Below the pieces are notes generated by a model. That model ran no database searches. It saw only the letters and a program-made list of their open reading frames with translations, and had not been told where the DNA came from. Below, one piece after another: positions 51,828 through 64,000 of a DNA stretch of 64,000 nt. The translations under genes were made by a program, and so were the position numbers. Source of the stretch: Nemertoderma westbladi (Eukaryota; Animalia; Xenacoelomorpha); contig JAUCBJ010005520.1 in assembly GCA_032718475.1 (NCBI GenBank), positions 70,521 to 134,520 on the forward strand, read 5' to 3'. Position 1 is the stretch's first letter. Every line of letters begins with the position of its first letter.

Positions 51828-52001
51828 ATGATGGTGAATGGACAAATTGGACTACTGATACAAGCTTATGCACCAATCATATACCACCGGAAGAAACTGG
51901 AGGCATCATAGTGAGGTTTTGCGTGAAAAAGAGATGGGGTGGTGGTTGTGAAGGCATAGAAGAGCTACACCCTTGCATTGTTGACACAATGGGTTATTAT
52001 G
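51828..52001 (+). CDS. Host gene exon 4: TSP1-like module
   Basis: ttgcag|; DGEWTNW..C..RFC..GGGCEG..C; |GTATGT; phase 1-1. Confidence 0.75.
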
Positions 52002-52507
52002 GTATGTAATGATGATAGAGATATTTGTTTTGGATGGGGGAAACCATTTCAGTATTATATAGTATATAATATATTATTTAGATTAGTTAGCACAATAGTT
52101 TTAATGTTTATCCCCAATGATATGTTGAATAACACCTAAATACTTCGATTAGACATTATACTGTAGATATACTGTAATTGCCATTATTATGATTATACTG
52201 TGATATTTAATACTGATTTGAATCCATAAACAGTCATATACCAATTATTGAAACATTTCGAAATGATATAATAGTGTAGTTTAAGTAAGCAAAATAATGC
52301 TATACAATGTGTATACAATGTTGTGTTCCTTGTATAATATTCCAGTATATGTACTATCAAAGGATACGGCCCTCAACAGTAAGAACCCAGTAAACTTTCA
52401 TTGGCACCACAAGCTTCGGTTCTGCACTGAAAAGTCCAACCCTCAAAGATGTACTCAATCAGTATTATTTCCAGATCCTGTACATCTGATTGAGCACTGA
52501 ACATATT

Positions 52508-53810
52508 TCAGACTGGACAGACTGATGAGGTTCTGATTAAGGACATGGGGGGAGGTTGGCGACTTGCCCTCGCTTCAGCAGATGATAGTGGCAATGGTGG
52601 AATTGGTCTATTGATGAATCCAACTGCACATGCAGCATTTGGACAACATAGACCAAATCTCTAACCGCATCATCCGTTGCCACTTCTCATGTTCTGGAAG
52701 ACTGGCTAAGAAGTTTCCTAAGGTGGTTCTGATTGTGTGCTACTCTCCAACTAGTGTTGCCCCTGTAGAGGAGGTGGAAAATTTCTACCACGATCTACAA
52801 GCAGCTACTGATGGAGTGGATCAGCATGCATTCTTAACATTCCTGGGAGATTTTAATGCAAGTCTGCATCAATCACCTACATCGCCCTGGGTCTATAGCA
52901 ATAGTGTTAACCGAAATTCTGTCCATCTTCAGGATTTTATCTCTGGAAATGGATTGTTTTCGGCTGGAACCCAGTTCAAGAAGCGAACTCGAAAGCTATT
53001 AATGGACTCATAGTGGACACATTGGTCACAAGTCCCAGATAGACCATATTCTGTTTCGTAGGAAATACAGGAGCTCTATACAAGACTGCAATGCATTTAC
53101 ACTTCGACCCTTCTCCAGTGATCACCGCCTTATTGTGGCCAAGGTAAGACTTAGTCTGCGTGCTAGCAGAACAACGAAATCTGCCTTGCCGCGGCATGAC
53201 TGCTCCTCTCTGTTGCAACAGCCAAGTGCGAGATCCAGCTTCACACTACAGCTGAGCAACAGGTATGAGGTTCTTGCCTCTGAGGCGGCAGATACAGTAA
53301 CTGTGAGGGCTATACTGCCTTCACAGAGGCAGTTAAGTTAGCAGCTGCAGAAACAGTTCCTGTGTACCCTCGAAACAGGAAACGGGTCCCCTGCCTGGAC
53401 TGACAACAAAATTCAGAAGTGCCGAAATGACCTCTACAAGGCGCAGAAAGAGTCCCGACTCAAACAGACTACAGCGGCCAAGAATGCAGTTAAGGCTGCA
53501 TCTAGGTCCCTGAACAGGCAGTACTCTGTTAATTTACAGGAATTAATAAACCAACAGGTTGATGCCATCAATGATGCTGACGACAGCAGGCAATCATCCC
53601 AGGCATGGAGATCGATCAACTTGCTTGCTGGACGAAAAAGCCAACCAACCACCAAGGTTAAGGCTGAATCACCAGCCGATCGCCTCAATGGTTGGAAGGC
53701 CCACTTTGAAAAGCTCCTCAATAATGACAGGGTATTGCCTGATAACTTTATAGAAGTAAAAGTGTCTGAGTATGTACTCCCAGATATTCCCATTGGTGAT
53801 ATATCCTTTG
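52508..53810 (+). mobile_element. Internal fragment of the RTE family (EN and linker)
   Basis: High similarity to 9807-10285 and 1475-2200 in the opposite orientation. Confidence 0.9.
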
Positions 53811-53835
53811 CTCCTTCACTCCTACCAAATTTCAG

Positions 53836-53913
53836 ATGAATCTGATGGTTGGTTCTATAATTACACAGCTACCGGCGAAAAATACAAGTTTGAGAACTCT
53901 TATGCAATTTTAC
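53836..53913 (+). CDS. Host gene probable exon 5 (DESDGWFYNYTATGEKYKFENSYAIL)
   Basis: tttcag| acceptor, |GTATCC donor, phase 1-1, open frame. Confidence 0.5.
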
Positions 53914-54300
53914 GTATCCCATTGAATTCAGAACCCTCACAAACCCATTTAACGCAAGAAACAAGATGACTCAATCAATTTATATTTGATGGATTTCAAA
54001 ATTTGGTTCTAGCACAAATTTTGCAAATTCTGAAATCCAGTTTTTAGGAAATTTGAGATGTCTCGTTAAATAAATTATTAAACCCGTTTAATTATTTATA
54101 CGGGCTATATTTATACCACTGAAATTGAATTCAGAACCCCATAAACCTGTACAATGTGTGACACAATGTGAGATTTTCACAAACAATTGAATTATTTTTA
54201 ATTGTTTTCTAAAAAGTTCGTGCAGGCGCCAAATTTTGCACATAGCAGCAAAAAATATATATGCCTGGAGCAGCAACTCGTATAAATTCCATAATGACTC

Positions 54301-54648
54301 GGGACAATTCGTACGCGGACAATTCGTACCCGGATAATTTGTACCCGAATTTTTTGACGGGTACGGATTATCCGGATACTGAAAGTGCGCTATAATGATT
54401 TGTTATACCAGCTAGTTTTTTCTACTTTTTTATAAATGTTATAGAACACGTGTTAGTTATCAATTTTGATAAATATTTTTGTTCTAGAACACATTTTTTT
54501 CTAGAACATTTTTTTGGAAAAAATACCATCCTACTGTTAGAAGGTCAAATATTTGTTCTAGAAAAATAAACCTACATTATCTGTACCCGGACAATTCGTA
54601 CCCCTCAAAAAAAATTTCTGGTACGAATTGTTCGGGTACGAATTGTCC
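54301..54648. mobile_element. MITE-like element with GGACAATTCGTACCC terminal and subterminal inverted repeats
   Basis: ggacaattcgtac repeats at the left end, gtacgaattgtcc at the right end. Confidence 0.6.
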
Positions 54649-56192
54649 TAACTTTATTCGCATAGACATCACAACCCTTATCTATTATGCAAAAACAGGT
54701 TCAAACAATCTATTTTCAACATTTTTCATATTTTCTAAACTTGGTGTTAGCACCAAAATTTGGCACCCGTCGATAAAAAAAGCTTGAAATTTCTAGCATA
54801 TTTGATAATAATTCCATTTAATTGTAAACACCATAAAACCATGGTAATTCAAAAATAGAGATGTAAATAGAGATCATATTTCGTGAAGTTAAATATTCAA
54901 AAAACGTCTCAAAATAAGTGCCAAAAGTAGGGATTAAAAATGGTTCTATAATTCAAAAACTTCCCAATATCTTTAAAAAACGCTTTCTTTATTATGAAAG
55001 TTATAGATTTTTAGGAAAAGTCGTAAAATTTCATATTCCCAGCTGCATTTGTTTCAGAGTTAAGAAAAACCACTATTAGGGTTTAATAGGGTTAAAACCA
55101 CTAACTCCATGTAGTAAGTAGTTAACTGTTCATTAAAATACTTAGCCAATGAATGGCCACCATGTACTAGCCCAGTTTTAATAAGCAAGATTTAGTTCTT
55201 AGATAAAATTCCTGTAGTTTTATCATAAATAGATCTGTCCAAAATTGTTCCAATTACATCAGATTCATCGGGGATCCCTTAGGATTGAAGTATTGCAAAC
55301 CTAGTCTTGCACACAGTGCTCATAATAAGTCGACAAAAATTACAAACAATAGACCTCTTTCATTCTTTAATTTTTTCTTTCTTTCATTCATGTCATTCTT
55401 TAAGATAGCTATTCAATGATCTTCCTACTTGCCACAATCAGCTCTAAGAATAATCTACCTTTTTGAATACCATTTTGGCTGCCAAGCAAGTCTCTGCTGG
55501 AATAGTCAAATATTATCACCAAGGAAATGTGATTCAAACATGATTCTTTGGAATAGTTTGCTGCGATTGAGAACAGAATAATTCCCTAATACAATCTGAT
55601 GAAATTCAACATAATTATTTAGAATAATTTTGCTGTGAAAAGAATATCTCCGCCGGAGAGGTTACCTTTTTTAGAGACTACGTATAACCAATTAGTCTTC
55701 AATTGCTATGGAACAACTTTCTTCTATGACAGACCTCTTTATTGAAAAAAAAAATATATATAATTGGATATATATATCATCACATATATATACATCACCT
55801 ATCACGGGCCTACCCAGTATTTTCAGATGGGGGGGGGGGGGGGGGGGGGAACTCAAATGCAAAATTGATTACCAGTGGATGCAAACGTTTTTCGCTACAA
55901 GTATTTTTTGGATCCAATAATGTCCTGATTAAAGAGGATAATTGTTTTAAAAAATTGGATATTTGTATTGGAAATATATGAAAATATCTAGGCCTGCCTA
56001 GAATATAAAATAAACTACTAGAAGTAATTTCCCAAAACAGTACTTTTGGTGTAAGTACACTTTCGCCGAGCACCAGGGTAATGGCCCAAGAATTGGAACA
56101 GTGATGCAATCAAGTAAGAAAGGTTGTGTTAGTTTAACAAGTAACTCCTAGAAAAGTACCGGTAATGGAATATTAAATCTTTATATTTGCAG

Positions 56193-56861
56193 TAATTACT
56201 TGTCAACATTTAGCTTACTGGCCCCTAAACATAGAATATGGAGCAAACGACAAGATGGGAAAACAAAATGGGGTCATCAAAAGAAGTCCATCTTTCGGAC
56301 CAGGACCATCCGGAGTGGATAACCAGGCAATGAATTTCCATTACGGATATGTATCAGTTCACCATGGTGTGGAGTTACTATCAGAAACATTCACCATGAT
56401 AGCTTTCGTAAAACCTACGGGACCAGGTCCAATATTTGAATTTGGGACATCTTCAGCCATAGGTTCGCATTTGTGGTTATATCCCCTAGGAACAAGCCTC
56501 TACTATGATCCAAAAAATGGCATATCATCTATACTTACACTGGCTAATGCCGCAGAAATTAATGAATGGTATATGGTGGCTGTTGGAGTCAATGCAGTTG
56601 ATAAAAAGGTGATGTTCTACAGTCGGAAAGTAGGAAATGATGACCATCAGAAGGTGGAGTTTGTTACACCATCAACAGCTAGAGGTAATGTAGATACTGA
56701 GAAGACTCTGTTGATAGGGAAGCGAGGAGAAGAAGATGGAACTTCTTTTAAAGGATATATTGCTCAAGCTCGCTATTACATTTGTTATGTATCATCAGCA
56801 CAAATGGATATTATTTATGATGAGAGTTTACAATTTGAGATACAGATTGGGACAGAAACAG
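56193..56861 (+). CDS. Host gene exon 6: LamG/concanavalin A-like domain
   Basis: tttgcag|; YWPLN..YGA.D; FTMIAFVKP..GPIFEF; W..VAV; IGKR..FKGYIA; possible donor GTTTGT, or stop at 56872. Confidence 0.8.
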
Positions 56862-58526
56862 GTTTGTTATAGTAATTAAAATTAATTAATAAATAGGTAT
56901 ATAAAAATGTAGATATTTAATAATATAAACTGCTGCAGAATATTACAATCTATAATAAATATAATGTAAGTAAATATAGCATCACCTTTATAAAACAATT
57001 ACTACTGTAGTTACGAATACGTGAGTGAAACGTGAAGTAATTATGTAGTAATACAAGCGGTATTTATCAATATTAAAAATATAAATATATATTATTATTA
57101 TTTATATATTGTTAAAAAGGTATCGGTAACTATTTTAATAATAATAATTAATTATTTTATTGCTTGCGGAGAGATTACAGCAGTTAGTTTAGATTTAACT
57201 TTTAGTTTGGAGACTTTTAGAATTTAGTTTAGTCAGATTTAACAGGCCTTTCAGTCCAGAAAACTGCAAAGTTAGTGTAGACTTAAAAGTATAGTGATCA
57301 ATAGAATGGCAGATTCTTCATTTATCAATAGGACCTTTAATAAATGATAAAATATGAACCCGTATAGTATAGGCGGGGTGGGTATTTTGAGTTTTGGTGT
57401 GTATCTATCTATGGCTATATAAGCCTGTGTATGTATCTGTGTATGTATGTACCTATGTATCTAATAAATGTATGTATGTATTATTATATATGTATGTATT
57501 GTTCTAAAATAGTTTTTGTTGTACAGTATGTATCGATCTATGCAGTATGTATCCATCTGCTTGTTTTTCAGTTTTTCACACAGTTTTGAGACTTTGCATA
57601 GATATAAATGGTCTTCAGTAATAATTTAGAGTAAAATATTTTCATACAAAACAGGACGAGCACAACGATGCTTGAAATTTAAGACGATTACTGAGTTAAC
57701 TATACTGAGCGGGTTTGTTTCTAGTTTCTAATATAATTTAAATTGCAAAGAAACTGTAATAAATGTCACTAATAAGAAAATTGTAGGACGTTCGGAAAAT
57801 TATAAAATTGTGAAGAGAATTGTTGTCGAATGAAAATTATTTTGTGTTTATTTATTATAAACTCACAATTATTTATTATATTTACTAATAAAACTGAATT
57901 ATATCCTGCAACCTTAGTAATAACCCTGCAATGATAGAGTTCGTTAATTAAATAAACTTTGCCTGTTCTGCAGGGTGGAAATGTCTGTAACTGTTTACAG
58001 TTCACTGTGAGTCTGGGGGGCAAGTAACGGTTGATACGATTTACTTTCATTACTTCTTGTTAAGTGGAAATGTAATAATTATCTCCATAAGCTGCACCAA
58101 GCTTATGGAGATAATTATTACATGGCCAAAATATCCCTCTAGAAGGTCGGAAATAAACTTTATATATAATATACGTGGATAATATACTATAAAATAATAA
58201 TATATATAAATAATATATAATATACTTGGATAATATACTTTTGTGTAAACACTTCGGAAATTTCGGGCGGAAAAAGATACTCAGTTAGTGCAACTAATGT
58301 GCTGTTGGTGTCGTAAAGTGTATATGAAATCTCTTTGGTCAATGAACGCACTCGGTTGATGTTCGATATTGGGGACATATCCAAGCCAGATGGGCCTATC
58401 CTTAAAAAATACACTGCGCAGTGGTTTACATGGGATTTTACATGAATCTCATTGATAATTATTGAGTAAAGTCGCTTACAGTGTCCTAACGCGTCGAAGA
58501 CTGATGTCAGGAAAGTGTCCAATGAT

Positions 58527-58722
58527 GGGTGTCAACGCTACGCCGACAACCAACGCCGACAACCATTATTAAAGCTAATTTATGTTATTTATTAGTTGGG
58601 GAAAGGAACAGGTTACAGTGGAAGGTTATTCCAACCAAAACAATAAACGAGAATCACGAACTCAGGTAACATTTTCATATTTTCCGTTGTCGGCAGTGGT
58701 TGTCAGCATAGCGTTTACACCC
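58527..58722. mobile_element. MITE with ~37-bp TIRs next to a P-element/THAP9-like transposase scrap (58420-58520, -)
   Basis: gggtgtcaacgctacgccgacaaccaacgccgacaac versus gttgtcggcagtggttgtcagcatagcgtttacaccc; the neighbouring IIINEIHVK resembles the DE..VK motif (weak). Confidence 0.65.
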
Positions 58723-59099
58723 TGCGAAGATAGTTTAACAGTCCTGCAGTTGCATTAGATATACTGTGCAATAACCGTAGGCTAGGCAGTTTCACCTGCT
58801 CACTTAGAATAATATGGTGGAATAGCAAAACCACTGGAAAGCATTTACAGATATCACTAGAGGTGTAGACAACTTACTCTGTTCCATAAGGCAGTAAGGT
58901 GTTTATTAACACATCCTGGCGATACAATACAGTAAGGTCCGTGTCATCAGAAAATGACACTATATTACGGGACATGGTGTATATTTATTTCTTTATTTAC
59001 CGCAGGCAACATATGGAAAATATAATATTATATTATAATCGCACAATCAGCCCATATCGTCTACCTACGCTACAGCACAATAATTAAGTATATAATTGA

Positions 59100-59960
59100 T
59101 TATGTATGTATGTACTTAGTAATACTAATAATTCGCTAAATTAACAGATTTTCGGAATTGCACATTTCAAAAATTCTAGAACTATGCAACGCGGTGTAAC
59201 GATATACAGCATTTACAATATAATTACTGGAACATTTTATCCTACGAAATAAACTTTGATTTGATTTGAAACGTAAATTAATGAAGCACGGAATATTGTT
59301 GCAACCAAAGAAATATGACATACTAGAACCTACAGAGATGAAAAATAGCTTTCTTGTTGCATTATTGTATGCTACCCTTAACCGATTATAGACAACAGAT
59401 GAATAGTTCCTACGTGACCGTAGAGCATTACAGTATAGTGGAGTTATAAACGCTAGAAATAAACGAACTTTCACTGCAACGGTACAGGTACTAAATTTTC
59501 TAAACAACGTATTTGTACGGGCGTACATACTACATATTTGTTTCTTAATGTCAAGATCATCATCACGTGATTCGTGTATTATATGACCTAAATATGTAAA
59601 TTTATCAGTTCTAGAAATAACACGCTGGTATAAATATATTGGAGCTATTGTACTTAAGTTACAAGATTTCAGGCACAAAAACATTACCTTAGTCTTCTTT
59701 AAATTAAACAATATAGAATGTGAAATTGCATAATCCTGACACACATTAACTAACTTTTGTAAACCTATAAAAGTGAATTTGACATTAAACCAATATCGTC
59801 TGCATACATTGTATGATTAATCCTTTGACCATTAATTGAACAACCTACGTTAGCCATTATAAGTTTACGGGATAAGTCGTCCATGTAATCATTAAATAAA
59901 TAACCAGAAAATATTCCGCCTTGCTTCACGCCATTAAACACTGCAAACGTTCTGGGATAT
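59100..59960 (-). mobile_element. 5'-truncated RTEX-like LINE (second family)
   Basis: GVKQGG..YADD; MYARTNTLFRKF..VKVRLF..LRVAYNN; (TACA)n-type tail near 59100. Confidence 0.8.
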
Positions 59961-59969
59961 ATATATCCT

Positions 59970-61220
59970 AAAGGCATATTTTCCCGAAATCAAAATGAAA
60001 ACAGTATGTGCGGTGGCAAGACTTTGAGGTAACTTGTAATAGAGAGAACCTTAAGATAGCCTTCAAAGTAAAAATTGAATAACCAACAACCAAGAACCAA
60101 GAACGTCAACAAGTGGATTTGGAAGATCTTTAGGAAGATCTTAAATTGGCCTACAATATCAGCAATGAAAAGTACATTCAGGGCAATAGAAAATATATGA
60201 CAAGACGCTATAGAAACAGTGGACTTTGAACCTGTCAAACTCCAGAGAAGCACTAAAATCATGTCCAATCATAAAACGAGTGGATTAGATGAAATCCGCC
60301 CTGACGAAGTCTGTAAAATTTGAGTGCTGAACAGACAATTATTGGATGTTTTCAACCAGATGCTAAATGGGGAAAAGTCACCAACATTATACAGTTAGAC
60401 AATTATACAGTAGAAGTTCAAAACTGCTTTGAAGCACTTCAGTCAATGGATGAAGACCAATCCACCGATTCAATATACCAGAATATAATAACAGCCCACA
60501 AGGAATCAGCTAAGAGGCATATCCCCCAGAAACCTAAACGAAAACAGTATGTGCCATGGCAAAACTCTGAGGTTACTTGTAAGAGAGAAGATCTTAAGAT
60601 AGCCTACAAAGGTAAAACCGAACAACCAACAACCGAAAACATTAACAAGGTTGAGAAAGCTAAGGACGATCTTAAATTGGCCTACAACATCAGCCAGGAA
60701 AAGTACATACAGGATAAAACTGAAGCAATTACAACTGCTCACATACAGCAACAATCAAGACTTACCTGGCAAACTGTAAATGAGGTATCTGGTCGGAAAA
60801 GTTGTGCAAAGGGGCGCCTCAAAGCCGATAGTCCTGAAGAACGTGTTGGGAAGTGGAAAAATCACTTCAGCAACTTGCTTGGGCAGCCACCAAACATCGA
60901 GGTCAGCCCTACAAGGAAAATATATGACAAGACACTACCCATAGAGACAGGGGACTTCACACCTACCGAACTCTAAAGAAGCATTAAAAGCATGTCCAAT
61001 AATAAAGCGAGTGGATTAGATGAAATCCCAGCGGAGGTATGGAAAACCGGAGTGCTAAATAGACCATTATTGGATGTTTTCAACCAGATGCTAAATGGGG
61101 AAAAGACACCACCATTTTGGATTAAAAGCCAACTAGAGCCTCTCCCATAGAAAGGAGACTTCGGTATACCAACAAACTATCGTGGGATCTGTCTGCTTGT
61201 GGTAGCTGCCAAAATGATCA
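59970..61220 (+). mobile_element. Two adjacent fragments of a second RTE family
   Basis: ORF 60320-60976 (WKNHFSNLLG), then KASGLDEIP, KGD..NYRGICL; 59970-60383 is an older, deleted copy of 60520-61110. Confidence 0.8.
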
Positions 61221-62943
61221 AAAAAATAGATTTCTATTTCAAGATATTTCAAGATAGTTTCAAATAAATATATTCTTATTTGACACTTGGTAACCATGGA
61301 AACGGCGATTAGTTTTTAATCTCTATAGGTATTTAACTAGAAATGAATTGGAGAGTTGAGTTGAGAATTGGACGTTTCAGCCTAGACTGAAAAGTACGTA
61401 TAGCGCTGGTTAAACCCCCGGTGATGCGCTTTCTCATTTTTTCCATTTCAGAACAAAACCATAATATCATACCTTTAACTAGAAAGCACACGGCCTTCGG
61501 CCACTGCTTCGCGGTCAGGGGTGTGCTTTCACATCCAAGTGATCTGCTTTCCCCACTTTGTAAAAATATAACAATGGCCCTGAAAAGGGCTATTTATTTA
61601 GCAACATCATCAACTTTAGCACCATATAAAATAATAATAGCTCCCCCTATAAAGACTGTCGTTTGTGGAACTTGGTAGTTTTCTTGGCTCGGGCTCATTG
61701 TGACCCCCCTGCAGAGACTGTTGTTATTTCTCGTGACTCGGACTCACTGTGACCCCCCTGTAGAGACTGTCGTTGTTGGAAAGGCAGTTTCTCTTGGCTC
61801 GGACAATAATTGCAGTAACTTATTGAAATCAATAATGCATTTATTTTAATAAGTGTAAATGTACCTAAAAAAAGTGTGTTTACAATATCCAACATAATTT
61901 TTTGTATGTTTTTTATAGAAGCCTAATAATTTATTTTTGTGTTCGAAACTGTTTTTCCTAACCTTTAGAACCAAGGTGTGTGGTGGAAGTCCTGGTGGAG
62001 TTAATATTTTGCGAATCTCCACGGGAACCTTTTAGTCAGGATCGTCTGTGCTGTCTGCGCTATAAAAACATATTGGCTCAAACTTTTAATTTTATATTAT
62101 TTTTCTGGTTTTATTCCGTTGAGGGGTCTTGAATGCAAACAGTCCAGTGTTCCATTTATCTTTTTCATCAATTTTTTCTTTGACAAAGTTTCTTTCAGCT
62201 GGCATAAAAACGTGTGAAATCTTTGCAAAGATCCTTCCACTGTAAGTGGGGTAACAGCCATGGCACATCAATTTGGTCAGATCGTCGGAATATAGCTTGG
62301 TTAAAAGTTAAGTCATGGTAAGTGCGCATGTCTCCTTGTAAAATATTACCAGAACAATTATACTATTTCTGGACCAGGTAAAAATAAGCCTCCGCGGTTT
62401 ACTATGTTAATGAATGTCACCGTCTTCTTGAAATGTATATCCTTCAACAAAATTCTACAATTGTTACATGACCGAACCCCTGATATCATAATTCAATTGT
62501 ATGGTGGCAATCAACTTCTCAACGTCATCACGTTTTCTCATTTTTGTAATTTTCATTTTTATTCAATTATAATTGTTTTTACTAGTTAATAAAAAGTACC
62601 GGTACTAGCTAACACAAAACCAAAACTACTAGCTACAGTACAGGCCACCAGCCAATTCCAGCACAAGCCATTTCATCAAATGTGATCACAAGTGAACACA
62701 TTTGATCAAGTCACCTGATTGGCAGGTCACTACACTAATTCAATGGCGAGTTATCTTCTAGAGCCCACAGCAGGAGGCTGACTTGCTGGGACCGACAAAA
62801 GCTTTGTGTGAGGTGTATGTCTGATATCAGGTAGATGAGAGACCCCCCAGGGCGTAACATTGTGGACATGGGCTGTATTGGTAGAGAGAGAACTACATAC
62901 AAGACCACATGGAGATTAATGGAGTGTATGGGAGTGGATGGGT

Positions 62944-64000
62944 AGACTGTCCCAAAAAACTAAATTTTTGAATTTCTTCACTCTCACCCAAAAATGTGTT
63001 GCTCCTTCATAAAATAACATGCCATGCAAAATTTGAGCACTTTTGAACATAGTTTAGAGGTCCCCCAACTCATGTTTATGTTTGCTAAGTCTACCAAAGG
63101 GGCTGGTCATTCATTAGGCGTATGAAGGTCTTGTTAGGAACATTAGAACCGCAATCATCGGTTTAGTGGGGGTAGACACCATTTACATGCACAGGGCAGG
63201 TCATGAACAAAAATATTACACTTTTTAATTTTTTTTATCAAATATTAGCTAAATTCCATATAATCAACTAACTACAACTAATGAGCCGTCTCAAAAACTT
63301 CCCTGCAAATTTACAGCTTCGCTGTAAATTTCAATAAATGTAGGTCTAAATGTAACCGAATAGAAATAAGAAATAGATTAGCATCTAGCTAGATCCTTAC
63401 GATTACTGCTTCTAAAGTTTTTACGATGTTCCTCGACCATCTGAAGTTGGAGTTGTTTTTGATTCTCATTGATAGAAGCGTGGTTGTAATCAGACATCAT
63501 CTTGATATATTGCTCTGCCAAGTCGTTGACGCAGGGGAGATTTCCTGCCGGTTCCTTATTTGTTTGGTAGGATTTTAGGCCATACCAGTTACATGCAGGC
63601 TCCTTGATGAAGTCGTGATCTGTTTTTATTATATCAAAATAACTTTTAGATATTGAGAGGTCACTTACTCTTTCAGGCAATTGAATTGCACTTGGATTAT
63701 CACATAGACGGTATTGAGACTGTGAAACATCATCAGGTTTAAAAGATTCAGCGAGTATCTGTTTCTGATCTATTGACACCTTGTTAGAAAACAAACACAA
63801 TGTTGCTAATTGTGGAGCAAGGTACCATGAATGACGTTTAATCATCCGAATGCCCACTTCTTTAATAGCAACATCACAGTCTTTCAATCTTTTTATGAGG
63901 CATATGTCATTGACTGCAGCATCAGTTATAAGCCCAGCAGTAAACCATGATTGAATATAGACAGTTAACACAAATTGGTTAAATCGTTGAATACCTTATA
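62944..64000 (-). mobile_element. 3' end of a hAT-related (hATm-like) DNA transposon; transposase C-terminus 63378-63971
   Basis: RHSWYL..LFS; VNDLAE..YN..QKQ..LQMVEEHRK; possible TIR TAGACTGTCCC near 62944. The superfamily name is from recall. Confidence 0.6.

Noticed and set aside
53914-53922. U12-type donor (GTATCC)
   Set aside because: It continues CAT rather than TTT, and no U12 branch point was seen before 56193.

Overview
Repeat-dense window from an invertebrate animal genome (spliceosomal introns, no prokaryotic features). One host gene on + (exons about 23578-56870) encodes a probably secreted PAN/Apple + TSP1-like + LamG-like protein, and its first intron (about 22 kb) is filled with nested retroelements. 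Mobile DNA includes three related BEL/Pao LTR elements (two with paired LTRs and 5-bp TSDs, one truncated), an RTE-type LINE split by one of them, an L2 LINE nested in an RTEX-like LINE, two decayed Gypsy elements, DNA-transposon remnants, MITEs, satellites and a decayed HECT gene. Main finding: none of the three BEL/Pao elements has a tRNA primer-binding site. Instead, the 9-10 nt abutting each 5' LTR are complementary to a segment inside that element's own LTR, and the two segments covary across the three elements within a conserved multi-helix fold. This suggests tRNA-independent self-priming in a BEL/Pao lineage. Second finding: the L2 element has ORF1 and ORF2 in frame across TGA-CAACCA, a CARYYA readthrough context. 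Everything was read by eye; clade names and coordinates of decayed elements are approximate.
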